Shown: positions 15,876 through 25,515 of the stretch, in pieces | How the letters are laid out: each line of letters opens with the position of its first letter | Position numbering within the stretch: the first letter of the stretch is position 1 | Origin: Dehalococcoidia bacterium | GTDB lineage: Bacteria > Chloroflexota > Dehalococcoidia > Lucifugimonadales > UBA3495 | Assembly: GCA_012959605.1 (NCBI GenBank) | Contig: DUCU01000092.1 | Coordinates: forward strand, 7,620-71,619 | DNA length: 64,000 bases | Direction of reading: 5' to 3' | Position numbers and translations under genes: made by a program | Notes under the pieces: model-generated | What the model was told of the DNA's origin: nothing | Seen by the model: the letters and a program-made list of their open reading frames with translations, nothing else | Database searches by the model: none

Positions 15876-18182
15876 CTAGGCTTGGTATTGGACCACCGCA
15901 CCGGACAGCTTCATGGACTCGATCTGTTCCCCGGTATAGCCGGCTTCGACGAGAAGATCTTCGGTATCCGCACCAAGTAACGGGGTGGGACGGCCAACTC
16001 GCATTGGTGTCTCGGACAGCCTGGCCACGCTGCCCAGGTGTTCAGCCAGGCCAAAGTTGGGATGGTCGCGTTTGACGATCAATCCGGCCTTGCGGATGTC
16101 TTCATCGTCCCTAAAATCTTCCACCATCCGGTTGGCCATGACGCTGACGCCGGTGGGGTTGATCAGCTTGCTCCATTCTGCGATGGACTTGCTGGAAATC
16201 ACGTCAGCAATGGACTGAGTTAATGCGGCGTCGTCGCCGGCAGATAGCTCGGAAAAATCAGCTAGGTTGATTAGATTGCCCCAGGCAAAGTCGTCAGGAC
16301 AATGTAAATACATCCAGCCGTCAGAGGCTTCATAGAGGCGGGACTTGGCGTCGAAACCACGCACGCCCAGGCCTTCTGGTTCGTTCCTTTCGTAGCCTTC
16401 GTAGTCTAGGAAGTAGGGTGATTGCAGCAGCCCGGCGGTCAAGGCCAGTCCGCTGTTTACCGTTTGACCCTGGCCAGTGCGGTTGCGTTCATGCACGGCC
16501 AAGGCGACGGCGTACGCGCCCATCAACCCGGTGCCATAGTCGTTCATGGGGTAGGGCAGCAATTTGGGAGTCCCATCTCGCCCCCCGCGCCGCACCTGAA
16601 TGCCGGCCGTGGCTTGGGCCAACTGTTCCCAGCCGGGTCGCTCGCTCCAGGGTCCGTCATATCCAAAAGCGTTGAGGGACGCGTGGATGATGTCTGGCTT
16701 GCGTTCCTTCATTTGTTCAAAGCTGATGCCCAACCGAGCCAGGCTGCTCTTTCGGTTGTTCTCTACAACTATGTCGGTGGTTTCAAGCAGCTTGTAGAAG
16801 ACTTCCAAGCCTTCTTTGGTTTTGAGATTGATCTGGATGCTGCGCTTGCCGCGGTTAACGTCAGTGTTGCCTGGGATGTTATAGGGGCGTGACGGGTCGT
16901 CGATCTTGATAACGTCAGCGCCGAACTCGCCCAGCGTGCGGCCGCAGGTGGGACCGGCCAAGACGATGCAGAGATCCAAGACTCTGAGCCCTTCCAATGC
17001 GTGCATGATGTTTTCGCTGTTGGATTTAGGCGTTGCGGGAGCCGAGGTTTCTGTCTTTAACTCGGCGAGAATCTCGTCGGTGTGCTCGCCCAGTGTTGGC
17101 GCTCGAAACTGGATGGCTCCGGGCGTGCCCCTTAGCCGTACCTGCACTCCGGGCTGTTTCATAATGCCGTATTGAGCATCGTCCATCTGGATGACCATCT
17201 TGCTTTCTAGGGCATGCTCATGAACCAACCATTCTTCCACGGGTTTGCAGACGGTACCGACACCATTGGCAGCGGCGATATCGTCCTCCCATTGCTTTGC
17301 GTCCCTCTCCAGGAACATCTCCTCAAATCGTCCCTTCCACATTGCAATGGTTTCGGGGTCAGTCTCCACGTTGTAGAGGCCTTCCAATTCTTCGACCCAT
17401 TCTGGGCGACCGGCGGCAGCCATCAATTGGCCGACGAATACCGCATAACCTCCCTGGGATTGCAGGAACTTGCCGTCCTTACACTCGTACTGGTGGGCCA
17501 TGACGTTACGGGGGAACTCGTCCAAACTGGGCGGGTCAATGTCGTATAGCTTGACCAGGTTGCGGCCGATGGCCGAGAACATGGCACTGTGCATGGGCAC
17601 TTCTATGCGCTGACCTTTGCTGTTGCGGTCGCGGGCTACCACGGCCATCCCCACGGACACCGCGGAAACAATGGCCGCAAATGTGCTGGCGGTGGGCAGC
17701 GGCAGGAACAATGGCTCCTCGGTCTCGTCGTAGGGCTGGTAGGTGCCGGTGGAAGCAGAGACTATTCCCTCCCAGCCGCGTTCGTTGCGGTAGGGACTGT
17801 CTTCGCCAAATCCAGGAATGGAGCAGTACAACAACTGTGGGTTTGCTTTGGAAAGATCCTCGTAGCCGATACCCAAGCGGTCGGCAACGCCGGGCCGGTA
17901 ATTCTCGATTACGATGTCAGCATGCTTGGCTAGCGCCACGGCATTGGCCTGTCCCTCAGGCGTTTTCAAGTCCAGGACAATAGAACGCTTGCCTCGGTTC
18001 CAGGTGGCAAAGGCCGGCTCGCTTCGAGCAGGGTCGCCGCCGGGACGCTCAACCTTGATAACCTCTGCGCCTTGATCGCTGAGCAACATGCCCAACATGG
18101 GGCCGGGTATGTACTGTCCAAAATCCAGGACTTTTAGGCCAACCAGCGCACCCTGTGCCTGGTTCTGCTCTGTGGTTGTCAT
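15876..18182 (-). CDS. Tandem fusion of two complete family III (CaiB/BaiF) CoA-transferase modules
   Basis: 768 aa. Module 1 runs from 'LVGLKVLDFGQYIPGPMLGMLLSDQGAEVIKVERP' to 'LGEHTDEILAEL'. A linker 'KTETSAPATPKSNSEN' follows. Module 2 runs from 'LEGLRVLDLCIVLAGPTCGRTLGEFGADVIKIDDP' to 'LGADTEDLLVEAGY'. Confidence 0.85.
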   Translation of the reverse strand: MTTTEQNQAQGALVGLKVLDFGQYIPGPMLGMLLSDQGAEVIKVERPGGDPARSEPAFATWNRGKRSIVLDLKTPEGQANAVALAKHADIVIENYRPGVADRLGIGYEDLSKANPQLLYCSIPGFGEDSPYRNERGWEGIVSASTGTYQPYDETEEPLFLPLPTASTFAAIVSAVSVGMAVVARDRNSKGQRIEVPMHSAMFSAIGRNLVKLYDIDPPSLDEFPRNVMAHQYECKDGKFLQSQGGYAVFVGQLMAAAGRPEWVEELEGLYNVETDPETIAMWKGRFEEMFLERDAKQWEDDIAAANGVGTVCKPVEEWLVHEHALESKMVIQMDDAQYGIMKQPGVQVRLRGTPGAIQFRAPTLGEHTDEILAELKTETSAPATPKSNSENIMHALEGLRVLDLCIVLAGPTCGRTLGEFGADVIKIDDPSRPYNIPGNTDVNRGKRSIQINLKTKEGLEVFYKLLETTDIVVENNRKSSLARLGISFEQMKERKPDIIHASLNAFGYDGPWSERPGWEQLAQATAGIQVRRGGRDGTPKLLPYPMNDYGTGLMGAYAVALAVHERNRTGQGQTVNSGLALTAGLLQSPYFLDYEGYERNEPEGLGVRGFDAKSRLYEASDGWMYLHCPDDFAWGNLINLADFSELSAGDDAALTQSIADVISSKSIAEWSKLINPTGVSVMANRMVEDFRDDEDIRKAGLIVKRDHPNFGLAEHLGSVARLSETPMRVGRPTPLLGADTEDLLVEAGYTGEQIESMKLSGAVVQYQA

Positions 18183-18264
18183 CGTAAATAGCCCTCTAGT
18201 TAATTGTTATGTTAGGCGTCGGAATCGTAGCAACGGCTCACCCTACCGTCAACCGCTGCGAAAC

Positions 18265-19305
18265 CTAAATCGTTAATCGCTTAATCTTGACTGCGCGGCC
18301 GGTTTTGGCAGATTCGATTACCGCTGAGTTTACTTCGGTGGACCGTACGCCGTCGGCTCCGGTGGCGACGGGTTCCCGGTCTTCTTCCAAGGCGGAGCGA
18401 AAATCTGATAGCTCTGCGACGAAGTTGGCCAGGTAGTCATACTCGAAGTTCTCGGTCTTGTTGATAGTTTCGCTCACTACTTCCAGTGATCCCATGCGCG
18501 CTTCCCAGACGGTGGCGGTGCCGGTGAAGCGGCCATCGGTCCCGTAGACGGTGAAGTTATTGAGAGTGTCTGGCAGCATCCGTCCGCAACTAACGTTGGC
18601 GATGGTGCCGTCCTCCAGTCGCAGTGACATGCTGGCGATGTGCTCCAGGGGTTGGGCGTCGGTCTGGCCATCGGTCATGGCGACAACCTCTGTGATCTCC
18701 TGGCTGGTGACAAAACGAATCAGGTCAAACACGTGAACGCCCAGACCCATGATGACCGAGCCGCCGCCCATGGCTACTGGGTCTTCCCACCACTCACGTA
18801 GGCCGGTGCGGGGCCTGTGCTCCGGTTCGCCGCGCTCGCCGCGACCCCAGTGCCCCTGTAACAACCGAACTCGACCCAGTTTGCCCTGGGATACCAGTTC
18901 CTTAGCCATAAGGTGGGCAGGGTGGAACCGTAGTTCAAACCCCAAGCCCAGTTTCACTCCATTCTCCCGGCAGACATTTACCATGCCTATGGCATCGTCC
19001 ACAGAGGTTGCCATCGGTTTCTCAGACAAGACGTGTTTGCCAGCTCTGGCTGCTTGTTCGGTATGCTCAAGGTGCATGGCATTGGGTGAAGCCACGAACA
19101 CCGCATCGATCCGTGAGTCGGCCAGAAGGTCGTCAATATTGGAATATCCAACCTGGGCTCCGTGCGCATCGGCGAACGTGTCGGCCCGCCCTTGGTCCCG
19201 ACTCAATATTGCTATCAGTTCTGAATCCGCTGTGAGCCCAATTGCCGGAGCTACTTTTTGCTGCGGATGCATCCCCGCCCCAATGATTGCCCAACCTAAT
19301 GCCAC
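18265..19305 (-). CDS. Gfo/Idh/MocA-family NAD(P)-dependent oxidoreductase
   Basis: It has the Rossmann motif 'LGWAIIGAG' and the 'VLSEKPMA' (EKP) motif. I moved the start to GTG at 19305, 6 nt after an AGGAGG SD. The track start at 19437 would leave only 19 bp to the divergent gene. Confidence 0.8.
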   Translation of the reverse strand: MALGWAIIGAGMHPQQKVAPAIGLTADSELIAILSRDQGRADTFADAHGAQVGYSNIDDLLADSRIDAVFVASPNAMHLEHTEQAARAGKHVLSEKPMATSVDDAIGMVNVCRENGVKLGLGFELRFHPAHLMAKELVSQGKLGRVRLLQGHWGRGERGEPEHRPRTGLREWWEDPVAMGGGSVIMGLGVHVFDLIRFVTSQEITEVVAMTDGQTDAQPLEHIASMSLRLEDGTIANVSCGRMLPDTLNNFTVYGTDGRFTGTATVWEARMGSLEVVSETINKTENFEYDYLANFVAELSDFRSALEEDREPVATGADGVRSTEVNSAVIESAKTGRAVKIKRLTI

Positions 19306-19456
19306 TACGGGCCTCCTGATATTTGGTCCGGACGGCTGTCCGGTACTATTATTAAATCTATTGTGTAAAGCTGAGAGGCCACTATAATACCGCCAACGTG
19401 AAACGGAATATAGTGGTTTGTTAGGGTAGCCCGCCATTTATACAGGAGACGATTAC

Positions 19457-20290
19457 ATGGGTTCGGTACTGGAAAAGGCCCAGTTGATTAAAGCCGAGTC
19501 GGCGCGGATTGGGGAATACCTCAAGAAATTATCGCCACAGGCTTGGGCGACTCCGAGCGCATGCGACGCCTGGCAAGTCCAAGATGTGGTGGCCCATTTG
19601 ACCGGTGGCGTTGATAGATTTGCGCCCAACATAGTCCGGGGTGCCGGTGGTGATGGTTCTGCCCCAGAGGGCGCTCCGCCCGCAGGTGTGGGGGATATGG
19701 AAGCGCGGCTGAGGGCTAACGCTCAGGTGGCCATCGACTTTAGAGAGAGCCTTGGCGCCGAGCTTCTAAAAGCCTTCAACAGCAACTGCGCTAAGTTGGA
19801 TGAAGCGCTATCTGGGTTGGCTGAGGCTGATGTCGCCAAACCGTGCTATCACCCGGCAGGGACAATCTCCGTGGAAACCTACCTGAACCTGCGTCTCACC
19901 GAGTTAATAGTGCACGAGTGGGACATCCGCTCCAAATTGGAACCGATTCCGGTGATGTCCGCAGAGAGTCTGCCTTCGATCTTGGAGATGTTTCCGGTGT
20001 TTGTGGTGGGCCGGTTGTTCGACCCTGGCGTCAATATCGCCGCATCGATCCGGTTTAGGTTCGAACTAACGGGCAGCGTTGCGGGCAGTTATGACATAGT
20101 TGCCGGTGGTGGCCAGACGGCGACTATGGAATCAGCCAGCGAAAAGTACCCTGACGCCATATTGGGCTGCGACACCCAGACTTTTGTACTGATGGTCTAT
20201 GGCCGCTTGACCTTAGAAGACCAGATGGCCGGCGGACACGTCTTTGTATCGGGCGACACCACTGGTGTTATCGCTCAGTTCGGAAAATAG
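19457..20290 (+). CDS. DinB-superfamily / MDMPI-N-like (TIGR03083-type) protein
   Basis: 277 aa starting at ATG behind a GGAG SD. The N-terminal 'W..PS.C..W.V.DVVAHL' pattern is typical of mycothiol-maleylpyruvate-isomerase-N/DinB-like proteins. The C-terminal half was not recognised. Confidence 0.5.
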   Translation: MGSVLEKAQLIKAESARIGEYLKKLSPQAWATPSACDAWQVQDVVAHLTGGVDRFAPNIVRGAGGDGSAPEGAPPAGVGDMEARLRANAQVAIDFRESLGAELLKAFNSNCAKLDEALSGLAEADVAKPCYHPAGTISVETYLNLRLTELIVHEWDIRSKLEPIPVMSAESLPSILEMFPVFVVGRLFDPGVNIAASIRFRFELTGSVAGSYDIVAGGGQTATMESASEKYPDAILGCDTQTFVLMVYGRLTLEDQMAGGHVFVSGDTTGVIAQFGK

Positions 20291-20308
20291 ACTGCTAGGC
20301 GGCCCTGA

Positions 20309-20656
20309 TTAAGAAAGAGCTTCAATTAAGACGGAACTCCCGGAAGAGACGCTCTTCAAAACTGTGGAGTCTCCTTTGATTTTCCCAATGACTGTGACAT
20401 CGCTGGCCGGAGTGGGCCCAAAGAACAGGCAAAAAGCGTTCCCTGGAGGCCAATAGCCCAAGTCGCCTAGTTCTACCACCTCTCTGCCCGTTCTCAACCT
20501 CGTTTTCGACGGGTATTTGGAAATATATCTCATCACCCGAGGTGTTGCCGTTGGCCTGAATGGGTAGCACACCCAGATTGCGCTCGCGGCATCCGTGTCA
20601 CTCAATTCAGCGTCAACCACCACGCTTCCGGCGGTGATGCGTATATTCTTTCCCAT
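20309..20656 (-). pseudogene. Cyclophilin-like (PF04126/COG2164-type) gene with an internal out-of-frame segment
   Basis: The ORF is open (115 aa), but the family motif 'SGDEIYFQIPVENEVENGQR' is encoded in the other frame (track ORF 20322..20570). The flanks 'MGKNIRITAGSVVVDAEL' and 'EVVELGDLGYWPPGNAFCLFFGPTP' are in the ORF frame. Shifts lie at ~20566-20572 and ~20480-20485. Confidence 0.6.
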
Positions 20657-20693
20657 CTATATACTTTTGTTTGCGTACCCGATTAAAGGGCGA

Positions 20694-21821
20694 TTAGTCC
20701 AGTAGTGTTGCGAACCGCTCCGGGGAGTAATCCTGGATTGAGAGTGCGGTCTTGCCGGTGGTCATCAGATCAGCGACGGACTGGCCGATTCCGGGGGCGA
20801 GAAGAATGCCCTTTTTGCCCGCGCCGGTGGCCAAGTAGACGTTGTCCCAACCAGGTGCGTGACCTAGTACCGGCAGCCAGTCGGGAGTGACCGGGCGCAG
20901 GCAGGCCGTGTGGAGCTCCAATTCAGCTGTCGCTAGTTCAGGGAACACGCGTTCAAGTCGTTTTCTAATCAGCTTGTCCACTTCGTCAGACAGGCTCAGG
21001 TCAAAGCCTTTCCAGTCTTCCGTCGTGCCGCACCAATTTAACCCAGTTAACTTAGGATAGATGGAAGCTCCGCCGCCGGAAATGTCGTACTCGATGGGCG
21101 GGCCGTCAAGTTTCAGCCGGAGAATCTCACCCTTCAGCGGGTCGACGGGGATGTAGAGTCCCAACCAAGCCTCTGCCCTCCGAGACCATGGGCCTAAGGC
21201 CATCACGACCTGGCCGCAGGAAATTTCACCATCTTCCAATATGACGCGGTCAATCTTGTCGCCACTGCCTTCGAGACCGCGGACGTTGCCCTCGCGTACA
21301 GTTGAGCCGGCCTTGTTGGCAGCTGCTGCGGCAAAGGATTCGGTCAGCTTGTGGCTGTCGGCGGAGGTGTCCCCTTGATGGTAATAACCGCCAAGGATGC
21401 CGGGGGCGATTCGCGGTTCGAGTTTGGCCACTTCGTCGGGCTCCAACCACCGGGCGTTGAACCCGTCGACGGCGTCGATGCGGAGTGCATCTTCCTTCAT
21501 CCCAGCGATGCTTGACTCCTCCAACGCCACGTCAATCTTGGCCACGGTGTGGTGTTGGTAATCAATGCCGGTATCTTGGACCAGGCCTTCGTGCAGGTCA
21601 CCATGAAGTTTGTAGCACTCCCAAGCAAAGCTGGCTAAAGGGCCAGGGATGCCGACGCCTGTTAGCGGGTTCAACCCACCAGCGGCGTTTCCTGAAGCCT
21701 GGTTGCCCAAGCCTGCCCGTTCGATGATGGTGGATTTGACCCCCGATTGGGCCAGGTAGTAGGCAACGGCGCAACCGGCCGCCCCTCCTCCAATTATTAC
21801 TACGTCTGCTGTATCAGCCAT
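20694..21821 (-). CDS. FAD-dependent oxidoreductase (DAO family; glycine/D-amino-acid/sarcosine-oxidase-like)
   Basis: 375 aa with 'DVVIIGGGAAGCAVAYYLA' followed by 'ERAGLGNQASGNAAG', typical of DAO-family flavoproteins. Confidence 0.8.
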   Translation of the reverse strand: MADTADVVIIGGGAAGCAVAYYLAQSGVKSTIIERAGLGNQASGNAAGGLNPLTGVGIPGPLASFAWECYKLHGDLHEGLVQDTGIDYQHHTVAKIDVALEESSIAGMKEDALRIDAVDGFNARWLEPDEVAKLEPRIAPGILGGYYHQGDTSADSHKLTESFAAAAANKAGSTVREGNVRGLEGSGDKIDRVILEDGEISCGQVVMALGPWSRRAEAWLGLYIPVDPLKGEILRLKLDGPPIEYDISGGGASIYPKLTGLNWCGTTEDWKGFDLSLSDEVDKLIRKRLERVFPELATAELELHTACLRPVTPDWLPVLGHAPGWDNVYLATGAGKKGILLAPGIGQSVADLMTTGKTALSIQDYSPERFATLLD

Positions 21822-22070
21822 GATTACTCCAGTTTTCTTATTATTGGTTGCCTATGCCTGTAACTGCTACGCATATGTCACCCTAAGCGAAGCAAAGGGT
21901 CTGCCAAGTTGTGAATTGGCAGATTCTTTCCCGACAAGTCGGGACTTCTTTCCTTAGAATGACACCCTCGCGGAATCAGTACGCCTGTGAATTTAAGTTT
22001 TTAGTTTCGCCTTCCCAGTGGCACCACTTTTCCACTGGGTCTAGAATGGACGTAGATTTAGGAGGTTTCC

Positions 22071-22301
22071 ATGCCCATCTATGAATATTACTGTGCCGAT
22101 TGTGCTTTGGAATACGAGGTAATGCGCTCAGTTAAGCAGTCCGACGAACCGGCCAATTGTAAGAACTGTGGTAAGCCCGGAGAGCGTCAGCTATCCAATT
22201 TTGCCTTCAAATCCAACACATTTACCGCGCCTAAGTTCAAAGCGTCGCTGGAAAAACCGCTGAGGGCCAGAGACACCCAACCAGCCAAAGACTCCGAATA
22301 A
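22071..22301 (+). CDS. FmdB-family zinc-ribbon protein
   Basis: 76 aa starting at ATG behind an AGGAGG SD. 'MPIYEYYCADC...CKNCG' is the family signature. Confidence 0.8.
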   Translation: MPIYEYYCADCALEYEVMRSVKQSDEPANCKNCGKPGERQLSNFAFKSNTFTAPKFKASLEKPLRARDTQPAKDSE

Positions 22302-22325
22302 CCTAACTAGTTTAGGCGGCTCCTT

Positions 22326-22736
22326 TTAGCTGGCGTCACCGCCGGGAATCTCACCACCGGTTTCGCTGGAATTTCCGTTCGAATTATTTGCCTTAGCCCT
22401 GGACTCCCCACAGATGATGCAGGGGCAGGCGGCGCGCAGCACCCTATAGGTGTATATGCCGGTGTAATGGGCGTCGGTCCAGAGGAACTGCACCCCATAC
22501 TTCCCCGCCGGAAGTTGATCGACCGCCTTCACATCTTTGGGCACTGTGTCCGGGTCGAGCGTGCGTTTGCCGCTCATCTCGTCCACGCAGTTGGCGCAGG
22601 GACACCGCAGACGCAGGTAGCGGTGGGGGAATGGACTTCGGTGGGCGTCTTCCCACAGAATCACCACAGCGTCATCCTCTAAATTTATGGCGTTGGGCAT
22701 GATTATTTGTTCCATACGTCTATCTCTATCATTCAT
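22326..22736 (-). CDS. DUF971-domain protein (gamma-butyrobetaine-hydroxylase-N-like)
   Basis: 'LWEDAH.S.F....LR..CPCA.C.DE.SG.R' is the DUF971 pattern. The start is ambiguous, with three in-frame ATGs at 22736, 22715 and 22700. Confidence 0.6.
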   Translation of the reverse strand: MNDRDRRMEQIIMPNAINLEDDAVVILWEDAHRSPFPHRYLRLRCPCANCVDEMSGKRTLDPDTVPKDVKAVDQLPAGKYGVQFLWTDAHYTGIYTYRVLRAACPCIICGESRAKANNSNGNSSETGGEIPGGDAS

Positions 22737-22775
22737 CCCTTATCTAATTTCTCAGATTAGGGATGAACGAGTCTG

Positions 22776-24527
22776 TTATTGGGTCGGTCCTTGTACCTCG
22801 TTCAAGCGGGCCGGTCGCGGCATTTCGTCCGGGTCTGTGGGTATCTCAATGATACTGGGCTTGCCGCAATTCAGCGCCTCAATCAAGGCGTTACCAATGT
22901 CTTCTGGCCGCTCCACGTAGAACCCGGCTCCACCGAAAATCTCCGCGTATTTGTCGTAGCGGGGGTTAACCACATCAGCGCCCACATAACGTTCATCAAA
23001 GGCGTAACGCTGGTAGGCTTTTTCAGAACCCCAGATGCCGTTGTTCATGATTACGGTGACCAGCGGCAGGTTGTACTGCACTGCCGTGGAGAATTCCTGG
23101 GCGTTGAACAGAAAACCTCCGTCGCCGTTGAAGTTGATCACGGGTCGGTCCGGAGCAGCGAATTTGGCGCCAATGGCGGCCGGGAAACTAAATCCCAGAC
23201 CTCCCAGGTCAAGAGACGTGATTAGGCTTTTGGGCTTGTAGTAGTTCAGGCGATCCTGGCCGTAGTTGGGCGCTAGTCCGGCGTCTAGGGCGATGATGGC
23301 GTCGCGAGGCATCACCTTTCTAAGCTCGGCGTAAACCTTTTGGGGTTTCATGAGTGAGCTATTGTCATTCCCTTCGTCGTCTAGACGGCTAGTCCGGCGA
23401 GCGGCGAGGTCATGGATTTCCGAGACCCATTGGGCGTTGGGCTTTGGCTCACCTTCACGAACCTTCTCCAACAAGCCTTCCATGACGGCCTTGGCGTCGC
23501 CTTCGATCCCAACGGCCACCGGGTAGTTGCGGCCAATCTCTTGCGGGTCGATCTCAATCTGGATGATCTTGGCGTCCGCGGGGATGAACCGGTTGTCGTA
23601 AAAAGTGGTGGACTGGCTGAGTCGAGTGCCCACGGCCAAAATCGTGTCGGCCTGGCGAACAGCTTCAATGCCTTCCAGCGAGCCGAGCCGGCCAAGGTGG
23701 CCAAGGTAATTGGGGTGGTCGTTGGGCACAGCGTCGGCCCGTCCGTATGACGTGACAATCGCCGCGCCGGTCAGTTCAGCCATGCGGCAGACCTCATCGC
23801 CAGCCTCGCTCCATTGAACACCGCCGCCGGCTAGAATGACTGGACGCTGAGCTGCTGATAGCACTGCCGCTGCCTTGTCTATCAAGTCTCGGTCACCACG
23901 TGAACGGGTCTGTCCCGGACGATAGGCGTCCGGCGACAACAGGTCCAGTTCTATCTCCGCGCCGGGTAGCAGGTCGCGCGGGATGTCGATCATCACCGGG
24001 CCCATCTTGCCGGAGGTGGCGACCCTGAAGGCGTGTCGCAGGGCCTCGGGCAATACTTCGATCTTGTTGATGGCAAAAGCTGCCTTGGTGATTGGCTTGA
24101 ACAGGGCTACCTGGTCAAATTCCTGAGTCGATGCCCGGTTTTGGTGACTCCTGGATGCGGAAGGGGCCAGTACAACCACTGGCGAGTGGGCCACGTAGGC
24201 GGAGCCGATGCCGTAGGTCAGGTTCAAGACTCCGGGACCGTTGGTCACCAAGCAGACGCTGGGTTTGCCGGATATCCGGCTGTAGCCGTCGGCCATCAAC
24301 GCCGCGCCTTGTTCGTGCCGGACACCGATGAATTTAACATCGTCGCGGTCATAGAGCGGGTCCAAGATATCCAGGAAAGACGAGCCCACAATGCCGAAGA
24401 TGTGGGAGACACCCTCCTGTTTCAGCATTTCAATAACGGCTACGCCTGCATTCATTTTCACCAAATCGAATACCTCCTCAGGTACCGTGGGGCCACGGTT
24501 GTCGATTAATGAATTCCCTTCGACCAA
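22776..24527 (-). CDS. Thiamine-diphosphate-dependent enzyme, acetolactate-synthase-like
   Basis: 'GVSHIFGIVGSSFLDILD', 'RHEQGAALMADGYSR', 'NGPGVLN' and a C-terminal 'GDGGFLFNAQE' ThDP motif are present. The start is probably internal: a TTG at 24464 lies 8 nt after a GAGGAGG SD, and there is an ATG at 24455. Confidence 0.8.
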   Translation of the reverse strand: MVEGNSLIDNRGPTVPEEVFDLVKMNAGVAVIEMLKQEGVSHIFGIVGSSFLDILDPLYDRDDVKFIGVRHEQGAALMADGYSRISGKPSVCLVTNGPGVLNLTYGIGSAYVAHSPVVVLAPSASRSHQNRASTQEFDQVALFKPITKAAFAINKIEVLPEALRHAFRVATSGKMGPVMIDIPRDLLPGAEIELDLLSPDAYRPGQTRSRGDRDLIDKAAAVLSAAQRPVILAGGGVQWSEAGDEVCRMAELTGAAIVTSYGRADAVPNDHPNYLGHLGRLGSLEGIEAVRQADTILAVGTRLSQSTTFYDNRFIPADAKIIQIEIDPQEIGRNYPVAVGIEGDAKAVMEGLLEKVREGEPKPNAQWVSEIHDLAARRTSRLDDEGNDNSSLMKPQKVYAELRKVMPRDAIIALDAGLAPNYGQDRLNYYKPKSLITSLDLGGLGFSFPAAIGAKFAAPDRPVINFNGDGGFLFNAQEFSTAVQYNLPLVTVIMNNGIWGSEKAYQRYAFDERYVGADVVNPRYDKYAEIFGGAGFYVERPEDIGNALIEALNCGKPSIIEIPTDPDEMPRPARLNEVQGPTQ

Positions 24528-24705
24528 CTGTGGTTTTTATATATTTGTAAATTCACGCCTGAATTACGAGCAAAGTTTACCATAAGCAGAGGCGTTATCA
24601 GTCCAAATTGACTGAATGTCACCCTAACCGTAAAATCTGAAGGCTATCAAACTAATTATTAAAACCCTTCCCAAGTCACGGGAAGGCTAATTTTTGAGAG
24701 GAATA

Positions 24706-25476
24706 ATGGAATACGAACACGTTTCAGTTGGGAATGAAGATGGTGTGGCGATAATAACCCTGAATCGCCCCGAGGTTTTGAACGCGATGAACCACGTTCT
24801 GAACACCAACCTACACGACGCCATGGTGGCAGCTAACGCTGATGATGACATTGGCTGTATCGTCATCACCGGCACCGGCGAGAAAGCTTTTTCTGCCGGC
24901 GGCGACATCCACGAACAGCGCGAAGACGCCGTGAACCGTACTGAAGAAGAACGGGATACCCGCTCAGCAGAACACGCCCGTTGGATCTATGACCTGTCTG
25001 CATCTCCCAAGCCGGTGATTGGCATGATGAACGGGCTGGCCTACGGCGGCGGTGCGGTCTTGGCGTCCTGCCTTGATATTCGGATTGGTTGTGAAAACAC
25101 CAAGTTTCGTTTCCTGGCCGCCGCTTATGGCCGCATCAACTGCACCTGGACATTGCCTAACCAAGTAGGTTGGCCCAAAGCCAAAGAACTGCTCTTCACC
25201 GCCAGGATTGTGGAGGCTGAAGAGGCATTTCAGATTGGTCTGCTGAACCACCTTGTTCCCAAAAGCGAGCTACGGGCTAAGACCATGGAAGTTGCAAAGC
25301 AGATTGCTGGCAACCACCGTAGTTCTGTCCAGGCAATCAAAGGTCTATTGCTTCAAGACATGACTGCCAATCTGGAGGGCATGTTTGTCAACGAGAAAGA
25401 CTACACCACCAACGTTGCAAAAGGCTTTGGTGTAGAAGAAGCCTTCCCTGAGTTCCTAGCCAGAAAAGGCCGCTAA
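24706..25476 (+). CDS. Enoyl-CoA hydratase/isomerase (crotonase) family protein
   Basis: 'VAIITLNRPEVLNAM' and 'FSAGGDI' are crotonase motifs. I chose ATG at 24706, preceded by GAGAGGA. Confidence 0.85.
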   Translation: MEYEHVSVGNEDGVAIITLNRPEVLNAMNHVLNTNLHDAMVAANADDDIGCIVITGTGEKAFSAGGDIHEQREDAVNRTEEERDTRSAEHARWIYDLSASPKPVIGMMNGLAYGGGAVLASCLDIRIGCENTKFRFLAAAYGRINCTWTLPNQVGWPKAKELLFTARIVEAEEAFQIGLLNHLVPKSELRAKTMEVAKQIAGNHRSSVQAIKGLLLQDMTANLEGMFVNEKDYTTNVAKGFGVEEAFPEFLARKGR

Positions 25477-25515
25477 AAAACAGTCACTATATACCCTCTC
25501 CCGCCTGCAGGGGAG

